From a virus (Duplodnaviria; Caudoviricetes), in IMG/VR virus record IMGVR_UViG_3300034349_000012, positions 1 through 33,273 of that record: a DNA stretch of 33,273 nt; one strand, 5' to 3'. Shown here in pieces: positions 25,677-33,273 of the stretch; positions within the stretch are counted from its first letter, which is position 1; every line of letters starts with the position of its first letter. The notes under the pieces were generated by a model. That model saw only the letters and a list, made by a program, of their open reading frames with translations. It had not been told where the DNA came from and did not search any database. A program made the translations under genes and the position numbers.

Positions 25677-27998
25677 CTAATACCCCCTAACCCTTGTCTT
25701 TTTATTTGTTTCTTTATTAATCTCTCTACTAATTAATTTTGCAAATGTTGCAGGATCTTTAACATCACCCCTAATATTTATTGTAATACCTCCGGCCATG
25801 CTTAAAGATCCACCGCCTACTCCCTGCAATCTTGTTAAAAATGCGCTTGCGAATGTGTCCGCCGCTGATCCGGTTAATGGCACAACTGCCTCTAGTCCTC
25901 TTTCTCCTAACCCTGCAAATGTTGGGGAATCCACTATACCACCCTTACCGTACCATGTGAAATGTGGCACACTTGGCGGGTTAATACTAAATGATCCTGT
26001 TATTTTAATCCTTGGCATTGTAGGTAACTTAATTGATGGGATCTTTAAAATTAAATTAGTAAAAAATCCTTTAATTGTTGTTATTATACCGGATATAGCA
26101 GTTTTTGCTGCTGTTATTGGTGCTGTCATTGCTGCCTTAATTTTATTAAATCCTGTTGTTGCTGCATTTTTAATTGCTGTCCATGCTGTTGCTAATGCTG
26201 TTTTTAAAGATGTTATTGTTGTTCCAATTGCTGTTTTTGTGTTTGTTACTCTAGTAGTAATAGAAGTCTTGAAGGTATTAAATGCATTAACTGCCGCTGC
26301 CTTAATACTTGTCCATGCATTAGTAAATGCTGTTTTGATATTGTTTAATATTGTTGTAATTGATGTTTTTGTATTTGTTATTCTTGTTGTTATAGATGTC
26401 TTAACCGCATTAAATGCATTAACTACTGCTAACTTAACCGCGGTCCATGCATTAGTAAATACTAATTTTACCGCATTTAATGCTATTGTTAACGCTGCTT
26501 TTAATGCTGTTAGCTTTGTAGTTACTGCTAACTTAATTGCATTAAATGCCGCTGCTGTTGCTGACTTAATACCATTCCATATACGGTTAAATACATCCCT
26601 ATACATATTTAAATATAATGTTATTACTTTAATTATTAATTTTAATCCAATGCTTATTACATCCCATATTCCCTTCCATGTTGTAACTACTAACCCCTTA
26701 ATACCTTCCCATACTTTGCTCCAATTGCCGCTAACAATACCGGTAAATATAGTTATAACATTTTTGATAATATTTAAAGCTGTACGAATAACTGATGCAA
26801 TTAAATTAAATGCTACTACTGCAATCGTTAATAATGCTGATCCATATTTTGCCCATATTTGATGCACTACCGCCACAAATACAGTAAACACAATTTTTAA
26901 CTGTGCTAATATAACTGTTATAGTTGATTTTATATCTGTCCATAATGCCACAACACTACTTGCAAATCTTTTATTAGTCTTATATAAATAAACAAATACT
27001 GCTACTAATGCTACTATTCCAATTATAATTAATCCTATTGGACTTAATATAAATGCCATGGCTGCGCCTAATCCTGCTATAACTGTGCCTAATGTACCTG
27101 CCATTGTAATTAAAGATCCAATAACAATTAATACTGGCCCAATAGCTGCGGCAATGGCCATAATTATTAATATATTTTTTTGCATTGCCGGACTTAATTT
27201 AGTAAATTTATTTGCTAACTCTGTGGCCTTTGCAATAATCGGCGTAATAACTGGCAATAATATAGATCCAAACGCCACGCTTAAATTACTTATTGCTGCT
27301 TGAAATCCCCTAATCTGGTTCGCTGTTCCGCCGCTTGTTCGCGCATAATCTCCGGTTGCATTTTTTGTTTTACTCATTACAAACGCTAATCTAACGGTTG
27401 CCTTTTCACCATCTGTCATATTCTTCCATAACTTTTTCTGATGTGTTGATAAAGCAAATGCCTCTAGTGATCCTTCTGTCATAATAATTCCTAATTGCTT
27501 TAGTGAATCCCCTTCACCCGTAAACACTCCCGCTAATGCGCTTTGTGCTTGTTCAACGCTTATATTTTTATAACTTGATAAATCCGCCGCTAATCCTGCC
27601 ATTGATGTACTCATGGTTGCGGCTGATCCCGTATTAATCCCCATTCCGGTGGCCATGTCCCCAAATAGAGAAGTCATTTCAAGCGCTGCATTTCCGGATA
27701 ATCCAAAATTTTTGGTTGCATTACTGGCCCATGTTGATACTTGCCCCGCATTTTTGCCAAACGCAACATTAACTTTATTTAAATTTTCGTTATAATCAGA
27801 GGCCATTTTTACAAATCCTATTGCTGCGCCTGCTATTGGTAATGTTAAACCTTTGACAAGTTTGTCACCCATGCCGGAAATCTTTTCCCCTGCTTTTTTC
27901 ATGCTTGAATTAAAAGATGCTAAACTAGCATTTGCATGTGCGGAATCTAAATCTAATGTTGCATAAAGTGTTCCTACATTCAACGCCAATAAACTCAC
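25677..27998 (-). CDS. Tail tape measure protein
   Basis: LNVGTLYATL start, LTLPI, AADLSSY, GE.DSLKQLG, W/F periodic repeats, WYGKGG..GERG.EAVVPL end. Confidence 0.93.
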   Translation of the reverse strand: MSLLALNVGTLYATLDLDSAHANASLASFNSSMKKAGEKISGMGDKLVKGLTLPIAGAAIGFVKMASDYNENLNKVNVAFGKNAGQVSTWASNATKNFGLSGNAALEMTSLFGDMATGMGINTGSAATMSTSMAGLAADLSSYKNISVEQAQSALAGVFTGEGDSLKQLGIIMTEGSLEAFALSTHQKKLWKNMTDGEKATVRLAFVMSKTKNATGDYARTSGGTANQIRGFQAAISNLSVAFGSILLPVITPIIAKATELANKFTKLSPAMQKNILIIMAIAAAIGPVLIVIGSLITMAGTLGTVIAGLGAAMAFILSPIGLIIIGIVALVAVFVYLYKTNKRFASSVVALWTDIKSTITVILAQLKIVFTVFVAVVHQIWAKYGSALLTIAVVAFNLIASVIRTALNIIKNVITIFTGIVSGNWSKVWEGIKGLVVTTWKGIWDVISIGLKLIIKVITLYLNMYRDVFNRIWNGIKSATAAAFNAIKLAVTTKLTALKAALTIALNAVKLVFTNAWTAVKLAVVNAFNAVKTSITTRITNTKTSITTILNNIKTAFTNAWTSIKAAAVNAFNTFKTSITTRVTNTKTAIGTTITSLKTALATAWTAIKNAATTGFNKIKAAMTAPITAAKTAISGIITTIKGFFTNLILKIPSIKLPTMPRIKITGSFSINPPSVPHFTWYGKGGIVDSPTFAGLGERGLEAVVPLTGSAADTFASAFLTRLQGVGGGSLSMAGGITINIRGDVKDPATFAKLISREINKETNKKTRVRGY

Positions 27999-28004
27999 CC
28001 CCTT

Positions 28005-28247
28005 TTAAAAAAATTGTTTTATGATCCTTTCACCCTTGTTTTTATCTGCTCTAATTGCAGTTTTACCGGTACTTCTATTTTCAATTATATTAACAACTAC
28101 GCTGTTACTGCTTAAATTATTAAGAAGTAATAAAAACCGCCGCCATGTGATACTATTTAAAGATAAAGACAAATCTATACCATACTCGCGGTAAAAATCT
28201 GCCTCTATAATGTTCCAATCTTCTATAATATCTATTACTTCTTTTTG
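28005..28247 (-). CDS. Tail assembly chaperone -1 frameshift extension (Gp15-like)
   Basis: No own start; -1 frame reads EDWNIIEADFYREYGIDL...TWRRFLLLLNNL; slippery C AAA AAG at 28241-28247. Confidence 0.8.
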   Translation of the reverse strand, partial: QKEVIDIIEDWNIIEADFYREYGIDLSLSLNSITWRRFLLLLNNLSSNSVVVNIIENRSTGKTAIRADKNKGERIIKQFF

Positions 28248-28567
28248 ATAAAAACTTCTTTTTGTTCTTCTGTCAATTTATTATTTCCATATTCTTCTGA
28301 TGCCCATTGTATTAGATCTTCCATTTGATCCATTGTTAAACCTTTTTTTGTTAGATCTTCTAATTGCTTTTGACCTAATAAACTTTCTAATATACTTAGC
28401 ACAATAGCAGGATCTAAATTATCTTCCTTCTGGCCTCTTAAAATTTCTATCATCAACTTGGCCGGCATTGATGCCGGCATGGTATATTTAGTTTTAAACA
28501 TTGTAAATACTAAAAGTTCTTCTGTCTTTTCTTTGTAAAATGCGTCAAAATCTTTAAATTTTCCCAT
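28235..28567 (-). CDS. Tail assembly chaperone
   Basis: FKDFDAF..E start, located between tail tube and tape measure genes. Confidence 0.8.
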   Translation of the reverse strand: MGKFKDFDAFYKEKTEELLVFTMFKTKYTMPASMPAKLMIEILRGQKEDNLDPAIVLSILESLLGQKQLEDLTKKGLTMDQMEDLIQWASEEYGNNKLTEEQKEVFIKKK

Positions 28568-28593
28568 GTATGCCTCCTAAATAATTGTTAAAT

Positions 28594-29037
28594 TTATACT
28601 AATGTAGGTTTTCCACTTATTGTTAATGTATAACCCCATGATGTAGGATCATCATTACCGCCGCCAACGTCTACCATTTCAACGCTCGCGTAAAATCTTC
28701 TCAATGTGCCTGCCGGTGATACAATTTTAAAATCTCCTAAACTTGTAACGCCTACTAATTCGGCCTGTGCTTCAATCAATTCTTGTCCGGCGTTTCTATC
28801 TCCATTTGATAAATCTTCTAAATAATATCCCTCTGCGCTTATTTCTGTTGATCTTGAGGCTGCAAAACTTTCGTCGCGCCCATCACTCGCAAAATCTGTT
28901 GTTTCTGCATCTTTCTTTTTGTTACTAAATTTAAAAGTATTAATTCCCCCTGTTACATCTGCCCAAACTGGAACAGCAAATGTGCCGGTATTAATAAATA
29001 AATTCCAATCTCTAGCCAAAACTTTAGTAATCGCCAT
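28594..29037 (-). CDS. Major tail (tube) protein
   Basis: Start re-called at MAITK (SD GGAGG); ETTDF.SDG, GQE, GGGNDDPTSW..T..ISGKP. Confidence 0.85.
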   Translation of the reverse strand: MAITKVLARDWNLFINTGTFAVPVWADVTGGINTFKFSNKKKDAETTDFASDGRDESFAASRSTEISAEGYYLEDLSNGDRNAGQELIEAQAELVGVTSLGDFKIVSPAGTLRRFYASVEMVDVGGGNDDPTSWGYTLTISGKPTLV

Positions 29038-29452
29038 TATTCCTTCCTCCTTCAAAATTCTTTATTTCTAAATTAAAATTTAATGTAAATTCAAACTGTA
29101 AGCCTTGATTTTTACCTATATAGTTAGGTGCGCCTTGTGCTGCTAAACAATTTATAATATAGATCCCGCCATCTACAAAACTTTTATTATGGAATCCATG
29201 CAATGTATTATAAATATGTTGTGCTAACTGCTGCGTTAAAATAACATCTGATCCCCTTACTAATATTTCAATATCAACTGGATCATAACCTAGTTTTCCA
29301 TCTGCTAATGTGCCGCCTCTGTCATAGAGGCATATGGCTTGATCTGGTGTACTTGGCATTGTATATAAATATATGGTACCAACTTTTAAAACATCTTCAA
29401 ATACTCCTAAATTCATATCTTGCAAATACTGCGCCATTTCTGCAATTAGCAT
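29024..29452 (-). CDS. Tail terminator (minor capsid 3-like)
   Basis: MP.TPD.AI.LY..GG, ILVRG, EFTLNF; position before tail tube. Confidence 0.75.
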   Translation of the reverse strand: MLIAEMAQYLQDMNLGVFEDVLKVGTIYLYTMPSTPDQAICLYDRGGTLADGKLGYDPVDIEILVRGSDVILTQQLAQHIYNTLHGFHNKSFVDGGIYIINCLAAQGAPNYIGKNQGLQFEFTLNFNLEIKNFEGGRNNGDY

Positions 29453-29802
29453 TATTTTAGCGCCTCCTTAATACATCTAGCCATTACTTTTAATATTGCC
29501 GCGCTGTTTTCATTAGCTGCTGTTTGTAACCATTTACCGCGGCCCTTACCCTTGAATCTAAACTCTGGATGTTCATGCAATCTAACTGCGTACGGTGTAT
29601 CATAAAATGTTGTAGCGCTTGGCCCTTCTGTTTCATAGTCTGTACTACCGGAATTTTCAAGCATCCCCTTATCGTGCGGTACGTGATCCTTACTTTTTTG
29701 TAATAAAAATTCCGCGCCTTTTCTTACTGCTTGAATATTTCCGGCCTTTATTTTTTCTGTTGCTGCTGTAATATTAATTTCGTTTCTAACAACAATGCTC
29801 AT
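29452..29802 (-). CDS. HK97 gp10-like neck/tail-completion protein
   Basis: VPHDKGMLENSG, DTPYAVRLHE, GKWL. Confidence 0.8.
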   Translation of the reverse strand: MSIVVRNEINITAATEKIKAGNIQAVRKGAEFLLQKSKDHVPHDKGMLENSGSTDYETEGPSATTFYDTPYAVRLHEHPEFRFKGKGRGKWLQTAANENSAAILKVMARCIKEALK

Positions 29803-30107
29803 TTTAAAATCACTTCCTTGTGACTATATACATTTAATGCGTATTGCTTTTGTATCGATACAACTACAAATACAAGATCTTCAAAATTAATTCTACTTTC
29901 TGGTGCAATATCAATACTTGCATCTATAAACATTCTGGCGCTGCATATAACTTCATTTCCCATTGTATCAATTACCTTTTGTATAAATGGTTCAAATCTG
30001 CATTTAATTATTGTAGGTGCTGCGTACGTATCGCCATAAGCATTATTACCGGTATGCAATTCTAAATTTGCTACTTGGCATAATATAAAGCTTGGTATTG
30101 TAAACAT
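29799..30107 (-). CDS. Head-closure protein
   Basis: AYGDTY..P..IKCR, G.EV...AR.F, I.PESRI. Confidence 0.75.
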   Translation of the reverse strand: MFTIPSFILCQVANLELHTGNNAYGDTYAAPTIIKCRFEPFIQKVIDTMGNEVICSARMFIDASIDIAPESRINFEDLVFVVVSIQKQYALNVYSHKEVILK

Positions 30108-30120
30108 TTTAACGCCCCCT

Positions 30121-30540
30121 TTACAATCGCCATACGCCCCTATACATCAACCCCGCTAACATTAAATAACGGTTGGCCCTTGGTGCTAATACTGGCATAC
30201 TTGCCGCCCCTGCGCCGGTACCCCCATAATTCATGCTAAAATTTCCTATACTAAAATTGGATATACTTCCATTATTTATAACGTCGCTATCTGCTCCGCC
30301 GCTCTTGATCCAAAATTCTATTTGCGCGCATGTTGCATTTTTTACCGCTGCTAATATTAAAGGATCTTCTATTGCTGTTCCTAATGCGTTTAAATTATAA
30401 TCAATGATCCTGTTTAATGTACTATAATCTATTAATTCCTGTGCATTTATAATGTCGGTTAAAATTGTTGTTGGTAATGTCGTAACTACTACGCCCATGT
30501 ATGCGGCTACATCTGCCGGTGTTGCATAAACAATAGCCAT
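30121..30540 (-). CDS. Head-tail adaptor/connector
   Basis: YAT..D, A.ELID..T, VKNATCAQIEFW, LAPRA.RYL..AGL. Confidence 0.8.
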   Translation of the reverse strand: MAIVYATPADVAAYMGVVVTTLPTTILTDIINAQELIDYSTLNRIIDYNLNALGTAIEDPLILAAVKNATCAQIEFWIKSGGADSDVINNGSISNFSIGNFSMNYGGTGAGAASMPVLAPRANRYLMLAGLMYRGVWRL

Positions 30541-30552
30541 ATTATTACCCCC

Positions 30553-30855
30553 TTACTTTGCCAAAAAAGCTTGGCCAACGGTAACGCTTACTACCGCGCT
30601 AAAAGTCATTTTAACATTAGATCCCCCGTCGTTAAATCTTGCAGGATCTAATGGGCCTATTTCCCTTTCTTGTGCATTTGTTACGGTTACAACTATGTCA
30701 TGGTCAACCCCTTGGTTACATAGCGCAACTGAATCTATGGTGCATGTTATTGGCGCTCCGGATGCATTTTTAACTATAAATAATGTATGTCCATCATTGT
30801 AAAAAAATTTGACTGTTGTTGGTGCTGTGTAAACCATTAATGTGCTTTGTGCCAT
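30553..30855 (-). CDS. Beta-rich putative decoration protein, paralog of 30856-31194
   Basis: FF.NDG...VKN.S...IT...H..VVTV.......RFND. Confidence 0.6.
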   Translation of the reverse strand: MAQSTLMVYTAPTTVKFFYNDGHTLFIVKNASGAPITCTIDSVALCNQGVDHDIVVTVTNAQEREIGPLDPARFNDGGSNVKMTFSAVVSVTVGQAFLAK

Positions 30856-31194
30856 TTATACCACCATCCTTAATACCGCCACTGTAACGGTTGTTATCGC
30901 GCTATAGGCTACTTGTACATAACCATTAGTATCATTAAATCTTTTTTTGCTCATATAATTTATTACAACTTCACTTGTAGCGGGTACCGTAACCACTTCA
31001 TTATGTGTAATTCCAAAATTATCGGCCTTTTGACTTGTTAATGTTGCTGTAATGCTTACCGCTGATCCATTTTTAATATGCATACAAGATTTTCCATTGT
31101 TGGTAAAAAAATTCCCGTCTACGTTTGCCGCCTCATATGTTGCCGCTAACCCCGTATTAACTAATTGCTGAACTACAATTAAACTTGCTGCCAT
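30856..31194 (-). CDS. Beta-rich putative decoration protein
   Basis: FFTNNG...IKNGS..SIT...H..VVTV......RFND. Confidence 0.6.
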   Translation of the reverse strand: MAASLIVVQQLVNTGLAATYEAANVDGNFFTNNGKSCMHIKNGSAVSITATLTSQKADNFGITHNEVVTVPATSEVVINYMSKKRFNDTNGYVQVAYSAITTVTVAVLRMVV

Positions 31195-31209
31195 TTTTTA
31201 CACTCCCCT

Positions 31210-31881
31210 TTATTTTGTTGATTTATAATTTTGCATAATCTCGCTGCCTAATAAACCTCGGTTGTAAATTCTTGCCATCTTTAAATTACCATGAAATTGC
31301 CTGTTACTGCTTGGATTATTACCTATTAAAACATCATATGCATTTGTTGCAATTGTACCCGTAAATGCTATTCCATTATCCCACCTACCATTAACATAAA
31401 ATTTTGCATTTGTTCCATCTGTAGTTAATGCTATGTGTGTTAGGGTATTAAATGGCATCCTATAGGTGCTATATAATATTACTGTTGATTGCCTTAGAAA
31501 TGCGCATGAATGATCTGCGGTAATCGCTAAACTGTAGCTGTCCTCTGCTGTTGTTAATTCTTTTGTTATTAATCGCCCCGTAATAATTGGATCAACCGAT
31601 ATATATATTAACGCCTCTAGTGTAATATAATTAGAATTTAGGCTTGAGGCATGACCGCAATTAATTACGTCGTTGTTTCCATCAAACGCTATACCGCCAA
31701 AATTATTAGATCCACTTGCTGTTGTATACGCAAAATTTGCCGGTGTTCCATTATTTCCTGCTGCGCTCCTATCTGGTAATAAAACTGTATTCGGTGCGTT
31801 TTTAAAATCATAACCATTTAGATATAAAACTAACCCGCTTTTAACATATGGCTTTTTTATTGGTTTTATTAAATGATCCAT
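31210..31881 (-). CDS. LamG/concanavalin A-like domain virion protein
   Basis: GLVLYL, D.S..GNNGT, FDG.ND, HIALT.DG...KFYVNG, G.L..ARIYNR.L...EI.QNY. Confidence 0.85.
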   Translation of the reverse strand: MDHLIKPIKKPYVKSGLVLYLNGYDFKNAPNTVLLPDRSAAGNNGTPANFAYTTASGSNNFGGIAFDGNNDVINCGHASSLNSNYITLEALIYISVDPIITGRLITKELTTAEDSYSLAITADHSCAFLRQSTVILYSTYRMPFNTLTHIALTTDGTNAKFYVNGRWDNGIAFTGTIATNAYDVLIGNNPSSNRQFHGNLKMARIYNRGLLGSEIMQNYKSTK

Positions 31882-31892
31882 AATCCGGCCCC

Positions 31893-32480
31893 CTAATTAA
31901 GCAAATAAAATTTTAATATCAATGTTAATGTTTCGCCTGTTACTGGTGTATATGCCAATGAATTAACTGGCGCAAAATAAAGTTTACCCGTCGCATCTAA
32001 TAAACATTTTCGTAATACTTCCGTTTGCAATGATATATTAGAAGTTGTACCATATTTTCTTGTAACTGTTACGCCTTCTAATGTTGCAACAAAATTTGCA
32101 GCTAATGCCGCGGCGGTTGGATTAAAGGTAATATAATCCGCTAATGCTGTGGTTGTAACTGGATTATTTACGTTAAAAAAATCTATATATCCACTAAATG
32201 CGCTATTGGCTCCATTATCACTTATTAAAAACGCGCCTGTTATTGCTATACGCCTATTTGCTAAATTTAATCCGGTTGCTGTTGATAGATCTAACGCGGG
32301 TAGTAAACTAGCTGCATTGCCTAGAATTAACTGGCCTGCTGTGTATGCTGTTACTGTTGTTGATCTTACTATTGCAGCTTGAACGCTAAACGCCGGCGTT
32401 GTATCAAACAAAGGATTAATATTACTATGATCCGCCCCGCCTATTAATAAACTTACTTTTGGGTTGCTTACTGTTACCAT
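31893..32480 (-). CDS. Putative virion protein
   Basis: R...TAYTAGQ and AYTP.TGE..TL motifs; beta-rich. Confidence 0.55.
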   Translation of the reverse strand: MVTVSNPKVSLLIGGADHSNINPLFDTTPAFSVQAAIVRSTTVTAYTAGQLILGNAASLLPALDLSTATGLNLANRRIAITGAFLISDNGANSAFSGYIDFFNVNNPVTTTALADYITFNPTAAALAANFVATLEGVTVTRKYGTTSNISLQTEVLRKCLLDATGKLYFAPVNSLAYTPVTGETLTLILKFYLLN

Positions 32481-32492
32481 CTGTTCACCCCC

Positions 32493-33131
32493 TTAAATGC
32501 TTTCTTCATACCATGTAAACTCATAATAAATATCATTCGCCGCGTTATCATTATTAAACATTTCTACTATATATGTTGTGTTAACTTTATATATAAAATC
32601 TAATTCTATTGGTCTATTTATTGCCGGCGGGTTTCTTGATCCAACTATTGCCGGTAAATATATTTGATCTATTACCGTACCGCCGGATATGCCACTAGGA
32701 TCTATATATAATGTTGCTGTTGGTGTTATAACGCTATTTCTATTTAAATTAGTTTTAATCATTAAATTGGTACCCACGTATAAAATTGTTGGTGCCTCAT
32801 AAACATTTACGTTAATTGGTCCGCCGCTGCTTATAACTAATCTACTTAATGCATTAATTATTTTAGTTGATCCGGTCCGTAATTCTGCGTAAACCCTTCC
32901 GGATGCGCTAACACTTGGATATTTTCTAAATGCCTTAAAACATATACCGGCTTCAACTAATCGCTTATTAAATGGCTTTGCGGTATAAATCCTTATATCA
33001 TCCGTATTATTAGAAATATTATCACAATCGGCTAATACATCATCCATTTTAACGTTTATTCTATCGGCTGATATATTAGTTTCTCGTATGTCTGTATCAT
33101 TTGTGGCATATCTTTCAATTGTTATTGCCAT
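32493..33131 (-). CDS. Putative virion/decoration protein, paralog of 29-547
   Basis: YEAPT, NLNRNS...P, NTTY, FTWYE. Confidence 0.55.
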   Translation of the reverse strand: MAITIERYATNDTDIRETNISADRINVKMDDVLADCDNISNNTDDIRIYTAKPFNKRLVEAGICFKAFRKYPSVSASGRVYAELRTGSTKIINALSRLVISSGGPINVNVYEAPTILYVGTNLMIKTNLNRNSVITPTATLYIDPSGISGGTVIDQIYLPAIVGSRNPPAINRPIELDFIYKVNTTYIVEMFNNDNAANDIYYEFTWYEESI

Positions 33132-33273
33132 CTTTCAACCTCCTAATTTGCAAACCAAATCCATCTAAATTGCAAACTTAAACTGTTAGTGTCTGTATCT
33201 CTTTCAAATTTAAATAAATATTTCTTACTAAATTTTAATATCCTTTCAACATTTTCTTTCAGAATATTGGATG
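33115..33273. repeat. Terminal direct repeat, copy 2
   Basis: Matches 1-159 with one mismatch. Confidence 0.95.

Noticed and set aside
25798-26862. 354-aa plus-strand ORF
   Set aside because: Antisense shadow of the repetitive tape measure gene; codon bias explains the lack of stops
758-30065. Other plus-strand ORFs in the track
   Set aside because: All overlap well-supported minus-strand genes and show no recognisable motifs

Overview
The window is an apparently complete, circular (about 33,114 bp; bases 1-159 repeat at 33115-33273 with one mismatch), AT-rich siphophage genome. The host is probably a clostridial Firmicute, inferred from GGGGGTG/GGAGG ribosome-binding sites, an AbrB with a Zn ribbon, and a Prp protease. 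All credible protein genes lie on the minus strand. They comprise terminase, portal, a split minor capsid gene, a Prp-like protease, scaffold, major capsid, a long block of paralogous beta-rich putative decoration proteins, head-tail connectors, tail tube, a frameshifted tail chaperone, tape measure, Tal, a split Dit, amidase endolysin, holin, and an early region with a Bet/RecT recombinase. I found no integrase. Instead there is a Rep_3-type initiator with a DnaA-N-like C-terminus next to four 23-bp-period iterons, so the element is most likely a phage-plasmid. The most striking unexplained structure is in the non-coding region beside the origin: three tandem plus-strand small-RNA-like cassettes, each with a -10 box, a GG(A)ATCT-opened stem-loop, an invariant TTACTAAAT motif, a unique 30-37 nt segment and a terminator-like hairpin. 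This looks like a guide or crRNA-mimic array with no effector gene in the phage. Other notable points are dispersed 11-bp-phased TAACA sites plus an HTH/RHH protein (possible one-protein partition system) and two split structural genes. All functional calls come from motif recognition, not database searches.
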